Positions 1-8,684 of a stretch of DNA of 56,014 nucleotides are shown here, in pieces (the first letter of the stretch is position 1; every line of letters begins with the position of its first letter). This stretch comes from Candidatus Blautia pullicola (GTDB lineage: Bacteria > Bacillota > Clostridia > Lachnospirales > Lachnospiraceae). Location: assembly GCA_019116635.1 (NCBI GenBank), contig DXBG01000030.1, forward strand, positions 1-56,014, given 5' to 3'. A model generated the notes under the pieces. The model was given only the letters and a program-made list of their open reading frames with translations, did not search any database and was not told the DNA's origin. The translations under genes and the position numbers were made by a program.

Positions 1-2
1 AA

Positions 3-875
3 ATTACGAAGAAAGCGAAGCTTACAATTTTACTATTCGTCTTGCCGGCCCTGATTGTTTATTTGATTTGGGTGATATATCCCATTATATCTGCTATCTG
101 GATGAGTATGCTAAAATCAGATACTCTTCACAGCAGCCATTTTGCGGGATTAGAAAACTACATCAGTGTGTTTGAGTCGACCCTGTTTTGGAAGTCCATG
201 AAGATTTCCATAATCTTCATTATTGTCACCACTATTTTTCAGGTGATTTTGGGATTCTTCTACGGATACCTGGTTTATTTACAGCCAAAGGGATACAGGA
301 TTTATAAAATACTGCTGTTTATACCCAATGTTCTCCCGTCTGTTGCCAGTGGGTTTATATGGAGTTATATCTATAGTCCAAGTATGGGTGTGCTGAAGCC
401 TTTAATGGAAGGTATGGGGCTGGGTGAATATTACATATCCCCCATAGCGGACCCAAAGATGGCTTTATATGCAGTAATTTTCGCACAGATTTGGTGCGGT
501 TTGGGAGTTCAGGTTATACTTTTTAATTCAGGGTTTATGAACATTCCTTCTGAGGTTATTGAGAGTGCAAGGCTGGATGGAGCTACAGGATGGAAAATGA
601 TAAAAACAATGGTCATTCCCATGTCATGGGACATTACAAAAATGGTCATTATTTTACAGACAATCGGAGCGCTGCGTTCCTTTGATTTGATTTATGTTAT
701 GACGTCCGGCGGACCAAATCATTCTACAGAAGTACTGCCGATGCACCTGTTTGTAAATGCGTTCCAGAATTTTAATTTAGGATATGGAAACGTAGTGGCA
801 GTTGTATTGTTTGTGCTTGCTATGATAATCACCGCTGTGATGCGAAAGGTAATGGAAAGAGACAGTTTGTATTAA
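3..875 (+). CDS. Carbohydrate ABC transporter permease (MalF/UgpA type), probably 5'-truncated by the window edge
   Basis: Frame is open from base 3; hydrophobic helices; EAA loop (EVIESARLDGAT) and SFDLIYVMTSGGP motif. Confidence 0.9.
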   Translation: MTKKAKLTILLFVLPALIVYLIWVIYPIISAIWMSMLKSDTLHSSHFAGLENYISVFESTLFWKSMKISIIFIIVTTIFQVILGFFYGYLVYLQPKGYRIYKILLFIPNVLPSVASGFIWSYIYSPSMGVLKPLMEGMGLGEYYISPIADPKMALYAVIFAQIWCGLGVQVILFNSGFMNIPSEVIESARLDGATGWKMIKTMVIPMSWDITKMVIILQTIGALRSFDLIYVMTSGGPNHSTEVLPMHLFVNAFQNFNLGYGNVVAVVLFVLAMIITAVMRKVMERDSLY

Positions 876-913
876 ATAATTTTTTAAATAGTGAAAAACG
901 GAGGAAGAAAAAA

Positions 914-1621
914 ATGATGACAGATGCAGAATTGATGAAAGAGATTAGAAAATACAGATGTGCAGATTTATCAGATGGTATGGATGCTATCGGATTAGTA
1001 GACAAAGGAACCATGAATGAATCTATGCGTCCTCTCAGGCCAGGCATAGAATTTAAAGGATTTGCTTATACCATTAAATTACTTCCTAAATCAGATGCAG
1101 TAAAGGAATGCAAGACCGTGGATGAATGGAGAGAAGAATTAGGAAAAGCGTGTGACAAAATTTATAGTTTTGTAGGTGAGATTACTCCGGAACGGGCCAA
1201 GGATACAGTTATTGTTGTAGACATGGAAGGTGTAAGAGGAGGACTTTGGGGTTCTGAAATTGCAATGACCATGATGGAGCGTGGCGTAGAGGGAACTGTG
1301 CTGGACGGAGGATGCCGTGATTCTTATGAGACAAATCTGGAAAACGCACCTGTTTTCTGTACGAAAAGAACCTTTACACATGCCTATGGAAGAGTAGAGC
1401 CGGGCGCCTTGAATATTCCGGTTAACTGCGCAGGAGTAACAGTAAAGCCAGGGGATATTGTCTGCGCAGACGATGACGGCGTTTTAGTTATTCCAAGAGA
1501 ACGGGCTGAGGAAGTTATCATGTTTGCAAAAATGCAGCTGGAGGACGATATTCAGGCCCGCACGGAACACTATGATAATCTGGGATTTGAACATGACGAT
1601 ACGCTGAAAAGAATGGAATAA
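914..1621 (+). CDS. RraA family / HMG-CHA aldolase-like protein
   Basis: ADLSDGMD, GLWGSE, LDGGCRD and VKPGDIVCADDDGVLVIP motifs; RBS GGAGG upstream. Confidence 0.85.
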   Translation: MMTDAELMKEIRKYRCADLSDGMDAIGLVDKGTMNESMRPLRPGIEFKGFAYTIKLLPKSDAVKECKTVDEWREELGKACDKIYSFVGEITPERAKDTVIVVDMEGVRGGLWGSEIAMTMMERGVEGTVLDGGCRDSYETNLENAPVFCTKRTFTHAYGRVEPGALNIPVNCAGVTVKPGDIVCADDDGVLVIPRERAEEVIMFAKMQLEDDIQARTEHYDNLGFEHDDTLKRME

Positions 1622-1653
1622 TGCAGGAAGAGGCAGGTTAGGAGATAAGACTT

Positions 1654-2520
1654 ATGAAGTTTGGACTATGTCTTACGCCCATTTATCCTCAGGCCATACA
1701 GGACTGTACTTTGCTGGAACGGCTTATAGAGAGACTGCGTGACCAGAAATTTTTCCAATGTGTGGAGCTTTATTTTGAAGGTACTCAAGAAGAGCGAAAC
1801 AGGATTCGGGGAATTCTGGAGAACACTGGGCTAGAGGCAGTGTATCTGGGAGGCTTACCGATAAAAAGAGATGTCGTGGATATTTCGGCCAGGGACGAGA
1901 GGGTCAGGAAAGAAAGTGTAGATGCATGTAAAAGGCATATAGAATATGCCGCCTGTATGGGGTGCGGGAAAATAGTGATAGGAAGCGGGCCGGACTGGAA
2001 AAGGCCGGGCTGTGAAGAGCAGATTGCAGAGCAGACCAGAAAATCTTTGGAAGAATTAGACTGCTGTGCTGAAGGGATGAAGCTGGAAATTTCAGTGGAG
2101 CCCTTTCCCTCAAAAACAGAACCCTGTCTTGCTGTGGGAAATACTCATTTGGTTTGGAAAATTTTTCATGACAGCCAATTTCATAACGTAGGACTTACCT
2201 TCGATACCAGCCATTTCAGGCAGATGCAGGAGGATATAGAGAAGAGTTTTCACTTACTGCAGCCATGGATACATCATGTTCATCTGGCAAACTGTGTGAT
2301 GAAGGATAAAAATAATCCTCTTTACGGAGATAAGCATCCCTGTTTTTCCCAGGAAGACGGTGAGTTTACTGTGGAATCCATAGGCAGTTTTTACCGTAAG
2401 CTGGAGAAGCAGGGAATGCTGACACAGGTGGATATTTGCTCACTGGAGATAATAAGCAGAAAAAAGGAAGACTGGTACTATAGGGAAGCATGCCAGGAAG
2501 CAGAAATGATTTGGGGATAA
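1654..2520 (+). CDS. Sugar phosphate isomerase/epimerase, xylose-isomerase-like TIM barrel
   Basis: Metal-ligand pattern: E (SVEP), D/H (FDTSH), H (HVHLAN), E (SLEI). Confidence 0.8.
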   Translation: MKFGLCLTPIYPQAIQDCTLLERLIERLRDQKFFQCVELYFEGTQEERNRIRGILENTGLEAVYLGGLPIKRDVVDISARDERVRKESVDACKRHIEYAACMGCGKIVIGSGPDWKRPGCEEQIAEQTRKSLEELDCCAEGMKLEISVEPFPSKTEPCLAVGNTHLVWKIFHDSQFHNVGLTFDTSHFRQMQEDIEKSFHLLQPWIHHVHLANCVMKDKNNPLYGDKHPCFSQEDGEFTVESIGSFYRKLEKQGMLTQVDICSLEIISRKKEDWYYREACQEAEMIWG

Positions 2521-2533
2521 CAGGAGAAGGATT

Positions 2534-4429
2534 ATGGAGAATAGGGTGATTCACTTATGGGAAACCTTCGAGATAACGTTATACGCAGAAAATAAATATG
2601 AGAATTACTACACAGAGGTCTGTGTATGGGCGCATTTGAAAGGACCGGGATTTGACAAAAAATGTTTTGGTTTTTGGGATGGGAATAATGTATTTAGAAT
2701 TCGGGTTACAGCAACAGCGCCGGGATTATGGACCTATTCCATACATTCCAATGTACAGGATAAGGGGCTTACAGGAATCACAGGAGCATTTGTGGGGATT
2801 CCCTGGACAGAAGAAGAGAAACAGGAAATACAGACACGCAGAGGTATTGTGAGAGCCAGTGAAAATGGCCATGCCCTGGAATATGGAGACGGAACTCCTT
2901 TTGTCATGGTAGGGGATACCTGGTGGGGGCTGGCCAGCTATCGCTATCCCTGGGAGGACAGCGAAGAAGAGAGGCCTATAGGAAGCGGTATGAGTATGAA
3001 AGATATGGCCAGACAGAGGATTCGCCAGGGATTTAATACGGTTGGTATGATTGCCGCCTTCCCTACATGGGCAGATGACGGAGAAGACCCGTGGATTATG
3101 TTGGATGACGGCCATGAGACCACCTTGAGAAACGCCTGGACTGCAGACGGTTCCTCCAGACAGGGGGCCAGGAACCATATGGCATCCTGTAAGGCTATGC
3201 ACAACGAGGGGGGGAGACCTTTCTTTTTCCCGGGAAAAATTGCAGGCTATGAACATATCGTGCCGGATTATGACAGGATAAATCCGGAATATTTTAAGGT
3301 GCTGGATAAGAAAATTGACTGGCTGAATAAACAGGGCATAACCGTGTTTATAGAAACCCTCCGCAGGGATTGCTCAAAAACATGGAAATATTATTATGAT
3401 TGGCCTATGGTATACACCCGTTATATTCAATATATTTTTGCCCGTTATCAGACCAATAACTGTATTTTCAGTCCTATTCACTTTGATATTAAGATGAATA
3501 CCATAGACAGCCGTGAGTTTAACGAACCCATTAACCTGTTTATAGATACCTATGGAAAGCCGCCTTTTGGCACGCTGATGGGAACAAATCCCTCTCCCAG
3601 CACCCATATCAATTACGGAGGACCAGAGGAGCAGCATTGGCTCAGTTTTCACCAAATCGGGAACTGGAGAGAGCATGAGAATTATTGGTATCTAACGGAT
3701 ATTTATCATACCAGTCCGCCCTGTCCGGCCATTAACGGAGAACCTTACTATTCCGGGTATCCTGAATCGGCTATGAAAATCGATGAAAATGGAAATACCG
3801 TTACAGAGCTGGGGACTCTTACGGCAGAAAGCCAGGAAGACCATTTAAACTGCCGCTCCGGATATTATGGCAGCGTATTAAGCGGGGCTTATGGAGGAGT
3901 CCTGGCCGGATTTGAAGGCTGCTGGGGAGCTAACGTGGAAGAAGGAAATGTTTACAATATATGGGATACCATGACATTTCCTGTCAGTTACCAGGTGAGA
4001 TATGTAAGAGATTTTCTGTTGTCAGAGGGTAGCAGATACCAGGAGCTGATACCTAACGCAGATTTAGTGACTCCCAATAAGGCAGGGGAGCCTTATGGAT
4101 ACAGAGGCTGGGCCTTTGCCTCAGCCACCCCAAAAAGAGACCTTATTCTGGGATATGTAGAAAAAGACTGCCCCAGGACAGCAGTACGAGCTTTAAGACC
4201 TTATGAAAAATATGAATTTCAATGGTTTGACCCCTGCTGCGGGAAATGGGGAGAAAAGATAGAAGTGAGGGTGAATTCTGTTGGAATGATTCCTCTTCCG
4301 GAATATCCCCAATGCCGGGATTGGGCTTTTAAATTGAAAAAGTCCCGGGAACCATACAGCATTGACACATCTGAGCATCCCAAAACATGTTTGGAAGAAT
4401 ACAGGAAACAAAAAGGGGAGAAGAGGTGA
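2534..4429 (+). CDS. DUF5060 + DUF4038 (GH140 apiosidase-like) putative glycoside hydrolase
   Basis: N-terminal WETFEITL..GFWDG..FRIR domain; DGTPF..GDTWW, QGFN, NPEYF..LD, NGEPYY; C-terminal WFDPxxG domain. Confidence 0.75.
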   Translation: MENRVIHLWETFEITLYAENKYENYYTEVCVWAHLKGPGFDKKCFGFWDGNNVFRIRVTATAPGLWTYSIHSNVQDKGLTGITGAFVGIPWTEEEKQEIQTRRGIVRASENGHALEYGDGTPFVMVGDTWWGLASYRYPWEDSEEERPIGSGMSMKDMARQRIRQGFNTVGMIAAFPTWADDGEDPWIMLDDGHETTLRNAWTADGSSRQGARNHMASCKAMHNEGGRPFFFPGKIAGYEHIVPDYDRINPEYFKVLDKKIDWLNKQGITVFIETLRRDCSKTWKYYYDWPMVYTRYIQYIFARYQTNNCIFSPIHFDIKMNTIDSREFNEPINLFIDTYGKPPFGTLMGTNPSPSTHINYGGPEEQHWLSFHQIGNWREHENYWYLTDIYHTSPPCPAINGEPYYSGYPESAMKIDENGNTVTELGTLTAESQEDHLNCRSGYYGSVLSGAYGGVLAGFEGCWGANVEEGNVYNIWDTMTFPVSYQVRYVRDFLLSEGSRYQELIPNADLVTPNKAGEPYGYRGWAFASATPKRDLILGYVEKDCPRTAVRALRPYEKYEFQWFDPCCGKWGEKIEVRVNSVGMIPLPEYPQCRDWAFKLKKSREPYSIDTSEHPKTCLEEYRKQKGEKR

Positions 4430-4433
4430 TAAA

Positions 4434-5423
4434 GTGCAGGGAATTATGAATGACCCGGACAATATTGTAGAGGAAATGCTGCAGGGTTTTATAGGAGCAC
4501 ATAGTGATATAGTGGAAGGCACGGATAATGCAAGAGTTGTTAAGGCCAAACATATGCCCAAGGATAAGGTGGGTGTAGTTACAGGCGGAGGCTCGGGGCA
4601 TAAACCGGCTTTTATAGGATATGTGGGAAAAAATATGTGTGATGCAGCGGCGGTGGGGGAAATTTTTTCTTCTCCCACCCCGGGAGCATTTTGGGATGCC
4701 ATTCGGTCTGCAGACCAGGGAAAAGGGGTTGCCTGCCTGTATGGGAACTATTCAGGAGACAACATGAATGTAAAGATGGCAGTGAGAATGGCTAAAAAGC
4801 AGGGAATAGAAGTAAAAACAGTAGTGGCTAACGACGATGTGGCTTCTGCACCCAGAGAAGAGAGTCATAAAAGACGAGGCGTGGCAGGAGAAATATTTAT
4901 GTGGAAGGCAGCAGGGGCAAGAGCTGCCCAGGGCGGAGACTTAGATGAGGTTATCCGGGCTGCCCAAAAGGCCATTGATAATACGAAATCCGTAGGAGTA
5001 GGGCTCAGACCCTGTATACTTCCTTCTATGGAACAGCCGGGATTTCAGATTGCCCAGGGGACTATGGAGCTTGGCATAGGTCATCATGGGGAGCCGGGAG
5101 TTGCAGTGCTTCCTTTAGAGACAGCAGATAAACTGGCAGAGCGTATGGTGAATATGATTCTTCAGGATTATCCCTATGAGGAAGGCGAAGAGACAGCGGT
5201 ACTGATTTCCGGTCTGGGGGCTACGCCGGTTATGGAGTTGTATGTATTGTACGGTCAGGTAGAGAAATTACTGTCTGGGAAGGGAATTGGAATTTACCGT
5301 TCTTATGTGGGGAATTATTTTACTTCCCTGGATATGGCGGGGGCTACCCTGACCATGATAAAGCTGGATAAGGAACTAAAACAGTGGATAGATTATCCTG
5401 TCAGCAGTGTTGGATGGAAATAA
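4434..5423 (+). CDS. dhaK: Dihydroxyacetone/erythrulose kinase, DhaK subunit
   Basis: GGGSGHKP, GEIFSSP, NYSGD, RRGVAG, GHHGEPG motifs; GTG start at 4434 behind GAGGTGA. Confidence 0.9.
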   Translation: MQGIMNDPDNIVEEMLQGFIGAHSDIVEGTDNARVVKAKHMPKDKVGVVTGGGSGHKPAFIGYVGKNMCDAAAVGEIFSSPTPGAFWDAIRSADQGKGVACLYGNYSGDNMNVKMAVRMAKKQGIEVKTVVANDDVASAPREESHKRRGVAGEIFMWKAAGARAAQGGDLDEVIRAAQKAIDNTKSVGVGLRPCILPSMEQPGFQIAQGTMELGIGHHGEPGVAVLPLETADKLAERMVNMILQDYPYEEGEETAVLISGLGATPVMELYVLYGQVEKLLSGKGIGIYRSYVGNYFTSLDMAGATLTMIKLDKELKQWIDYPVSSVGWK

Positions 5424-5429
5424 GCCATT

Positions 5430-6083
5430 ATGGAGAGAAAAGAAATGGAGACCTTTAAAAACACAGAGGGAAAGCCTATTTTGCTGAAAATGGTTCAGGT
5501 GATTCAAGAGAATAAGGATTATTTGGGACAGGTGGACGGCGAAATAGGGGATGGAGACCATGGAGCCAATATGAATAAAGGTTTTACCTTGTTTGAAAAA
5601 AAGTACCGGGAACAGGATTTTGGCTTTACGGAAGGCCTGGAGCTTTTGGGAAATGTTCTGTTAAATGAAATAGGCGGCTCTATGGGACCTATTTACGGAA
5701 CTATTTTTCTGAGTATGTGTGAGGCTGGAGAAGACTTTGCAGAAATAGGACTGGATGAATTTTTGGCTATGCTGACGCATGCAAGACAGGAACTTTTTCA
5801 GATTGTGGATGCCAGAGAAGGAGACAAAACACTGGTGGACTGCTTGTCTCCGGCAGTGGAAGCCCTTGCTGCAGCTTTAAAGGGAAAAAGGAAATTCAGC
5901 GAAGGCCTGGAGGAGATGTGCGGGGCAGCCCGGAATGGAAAGGAGCAAACCAGAAACCTCATTGCGAAATATGGAAGAGCCTCCCGGCTGGGACAGCGCT
6001 CCGTGGGAGTTTTGGACGCAGGGGCAGTGTCATGCTGCCTTTTGCTGGAGGCGATGGCCAGTGGGATAGAGGAACTATTGTAA
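5430..6083 (+). CDS. dhaL: Dihydroxyacetone/erythrulose kinase, DhaL subunit
   Basis: GDGDHG, GGSMG, GDKTLVD, GRAS..G, DAGA motifs. Confidence 0.9.
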   Translation: MERKEMETFKNTEGKPILLKMVQVIQENKDYLGQVDGEIGDGDHGANMNKGFTLFEKKYREQDFGFTEGLELLGNVLLNEIGGSMGPIYGTIFLSMCEAGEDFAEIGLDEFLAMLTHARQELFQIVDAREGDKTLVDCLSPAVEALAAALKGKRKFSEGLEEMCGAARNGKEQTRNLIAKYGRASRLGQRSVGVLDAGAVSCCLLLEAMASGIEELL

Positions 6084-6102
6084 AACAGGGAAGTGGTATA
6101 AG

Positions 6103-6543
6103 ATGAAGATTGCCATAGGATGGGACCCTAATGCCAGAGAAGCAAAAGAAGAGCTGGTAAAATTTATCGTAAAAGAAGAATTGGGGACAGTGACAGACTT
6201 TGGAAGTGAAGACAATATATATGCCCATGTAGCTTTTCGGGTGGCCCAGGCGGTAGCTGACGGAAAATATGACAGAGGGATTCTACTGTGCGGAACCGGC
6301 ATAGGAATGTCCATTGCAGCCAATAAGGTAAGAGGCGCATATGCGGCTCTGGTATCAGATGCCTATTCCGCAAAGAGAGCCAGATTGTCCAATGATGCGA
6401 ATATTCTCTGTATGGGCGCTTTTACTATTGGGAATAAGGTGAGAGAAGAATTGACAGCCGTATTTTTAAATCATGAGTTTATAAAGGGAAGTTCTTCTCA
6501 GATTAAGGTGGAGGCCTATAAGGAGTACGATAGAGAAAGATAG
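6103..6543 (+). CDS. RpiB/LacAB family sugar-phosphate isomerase
   Basis: LLCGTGIGMSIAANKVRG and SNDANILCMG motifs. Confidence 0.9.
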   Translation: MKIAIGWDPNAREAKEELVKFIVKEELGTVTDFGSEDNIYAHVAFRVAQAVADGKYDRGILLCGTGIGMSIAANKVRGAYAALVSDAYSAKRARLSNDANILCMGAFTIGNKVREELTAVFLNHEFIKGSSSQIKVEAYKEYDRER

Positions 6544-6551
6544 GATGTCAT

Positions 6552-7604
6552 ATGAAAATTACCAAAAAGACCATAGATTGTATCGAGAAATGTTATGCTG
6601 TTGCGTCATTTGAATATAACAAAGAACACTATCTGCTGTGTTCTGCTGAGGGAAAGGGTCCTTGCAGAGCATATGACCTTCAGGGGAATTTGATAGAGAC
6701 ACTGTGGAACGGGCCGGGAGGAGTAATGACTCTGCAGCAATTTCCCAATGCCTCCTGTCCTGTGCTTTTGGCCACTCAGGGGTTTTATTCGCCGGATAAT
6801 GCAGCTCAGGCACGGCTGGTATATTATTATCGGAAGCAGGGGGAGTGGCACTGTGAAATATTATGTGATATGCCCTTTCTGCATCGGTTTGGAATTGTTG
6901 GAAATAAAGAGAAGAAATATCTGATAGCGGCTACACTGAAATCAGCCAGCGCATATGAGGGAGATTGGAGCAGCCCCGGAAGTGTGTGGGCTGCTGAGCT
7001 TCCGGAAGACATATTTCAATACAATCAGGAACATCCCCTGGAATTTCAGCCGATTATCCGCCGGTTGTATAAGAATCATGGATTTAGCATCAACAAAGAG
7101 CAGGGAGAAAGCTATGGAGTAGTGGGAACAGATAATGGTGTATATGTGGTATATCCCCCCGAGACTCACCGGGATGACTGGAAATGTGAAAGGATTTTAG
7201 AGGAACCGGTCAGCGATATGCTGTATCGGGACTTTGATGATGACGGACAGAAGGAGCTGCTGGTTATTTCTCCTTTTCATGGAGAAACTATAAAAATTTT
7301 CAAAAAAGATAGCAATAATCAATTTAAAGAAGTGTATGAGCGGGAGAAGAATATACCTTTTGCCCACGCTATATGGGGCGGCCGGATAAGAGGACGGGAA
7401 TATGCTTTTGTAGGCGGAAGAGGCGGTGAAAAGGAGCTAATCAGTCTTTACTACCACAAAGAGAAACAACAGTATGTGGAGAACCTGATTGATAAGGGCG
7501 CTGGCGCCGCTAATTGTATGCTGTTTCAATCCCAGGGACAGGTAAAGCTGCTGTCAGCTAATCGAGAAACCGACGAAGTGGCCATATATTCGCTGCCGCT
7601 GTAA
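6552..7604 (+). CDS. Conserved hypothetical protein, probable beta-propeller with an FG-GAP-like Ca-binding loop
   Basis: Repeating beta-strand pattern; DFDDDGQKEL loop; conserved-looking PFLHRF, PFHG and FAHAIW segments; no signal peptide. Confidence 0.6.
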   Translation: MKITKKTIDCIEKCYAVASFEYNKEHYLLCSAEGKGPCRAYDLQGNLIETLWNGPGGVMTLQQFPNASCPVLLATQGFYSPDNAAQARLVYYYRKQGEWHCEILCDMPFLHRFGIVGNKEKKYLIAATLKSASAYEGDWSSPGSVWAAELPEDIFQYNQEHPLEFQPIIRRLYKNHGFSINKEQGESYGVVGTDNGVYVVYPPETHRDDWKCERILEEPVSDMLYRDFDDDGQKELLVISPFHGETIKIFKKDSNNQFKEVYEREKNIPFAHAIWGGRIRGREYAFVGGRGGEKELISLYYHKEKQQYVENLIDKGAGAANCMLFQSQGQVKLLSANRETDEVAIYSLPL

Positions 7605-7624
7605 AAAGTTTAAGGAGAAAAAAG

Positions 7625-8659
7625 ATGAAAGCGATTTTAAAAGATAAAAGAGAAGCCGGATTTACATGGACGGATGTGCCGATTCCTGAAATTGGAAGAA
7701 ACCAGGTTTTAATCAAGGTAGAAGCATCTGCACTTTGTAAATCAGATGTAGATGTATATGAATGGACACCTTTGGTGGAAAAGGCAAATTATGACCTTCC
7801 CTTTATTATGGGCCATGAGTTTGCAGGAACTATTGTAAAGGTGGGAGAAGACGTAGAGGGCTATGCAGAGGGAGACCGGGTGGCCGGTGAGACTCATATT
7901 CCCTGCGGATATTGTGAAACCTGCAGAACAGGAAACCAGCATATCTGCGGCAACCATATGGGTGTTTTAGGCAGAACAGTTGACGGATGCTTTGCGGAGT
8001 ATATTGCCCTGGATAAAAAAGCGTTAATCAGGCTTCCGGATAATGTTTCTTTTCAGGAAGGAGCCATTTTGGAACCATTTGCAACAGCAATGCATGCTGT
8101 TTCTAAGGCTAATCCATCGGGAAAGACTTTGCTTATTGCAGGGGTAGGCACCATCGGCCAGATGGCAGTGGAAATTGCCAAATATCTGGGCTGTACCAAA
8201 TTGTTTGCTGTAGATGTCAGTGATAAGAAGCTGGAAGAAAGCAAAAACAGAGGGGCGGATGTACTAATCAATGGTACCAGAGAAGACTTGGTGGAGATTG
8301 TAAAACGTGAGACTGACGGCTGCGGTGTAGATGCGGTTATTGATTTTACAGGCAATGAACGAGTCATTAATCAAGAGGTGGAAGCAGTGAAGATAGCAGG
8401 CACCATTGTACATGTGGGTATGGTGGAAGGAACCTTGACCTATCAGAATTTTATGTACGGAGTTGTGTATAAAGAGCTGATTGTTACCGGTATCTTTGGA
8501 AGGCGCATGTATGAGACCTGGACAGAAGTTATGAATATTCTGAAAACCGGTAAGATTGACCTGAGCAAGTTTGTAGCCAAAGAAATGAAGCTGGAAGAGT
8601 TTGAGAAGGCCATAGAAGAATTCTCGTCCTATTCCGGCAGGATTGTCTTTAAGAACTAA
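7625..8659 (+). CDS. Zn-dependent medium-chain dehydrogenase (threonine/polyol dehydrogenase-like)
   Basis: CKSD and GHEFAG catalytic Zn motifs; CGYCETC..C structural Zn; GVGTIG Rossmann motif. Confidence 0.9.
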   Translation: MKAILKDKREAGFTWTDVPIPEIGRNQVLIKVEASALCKSDVDVYEWTPLVEKANYDLPFIMGHEFAGTIVKVGEDVEGYAEGDRVAGETHIPCGYCETCRTGNQHICGNHMGVLGRTVDGCFAEYIALDKKALIRLPDNVSFQEGAILEPFATAMHAVSKANPSGKTLLIAGVGTIGQMAVEIAKYLGCTKLFAVDVSDKKLEESKNRGADVLINGTREDLVEIVKRETDGCGVDAVIDFTGNERVINQEVEAVKIAGTIVHVGMVEGTLTYQNFMYGVVYKELIVTGIFGRRMYETWTEVMNILKTGKIDLSKFVAKEMKLEEFEKAIEEFSSYSGRIVFKN

Positions 8660-8684
8660 AGGAAAATTCAGGAGAAGAGGCAGT

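Noticed and set aside
4362-4433. ORF-track N-terminal extensions (dhaK 4362, PFOR 8643, thiolase 15122, FAD oxidoreductase 23649, permease 39015, rmlD 53732, lacI 33104)
   Set aside because: They overlap neighbouring genes or spacers; downstream starts have a proper RBS and match family N-termini.
7625-8659. Naming this gene tdh
   Set aside because: The sequence is Tdh-like, but there is no kbl partner and the context is sugar catabolism, so the substrate is left open.
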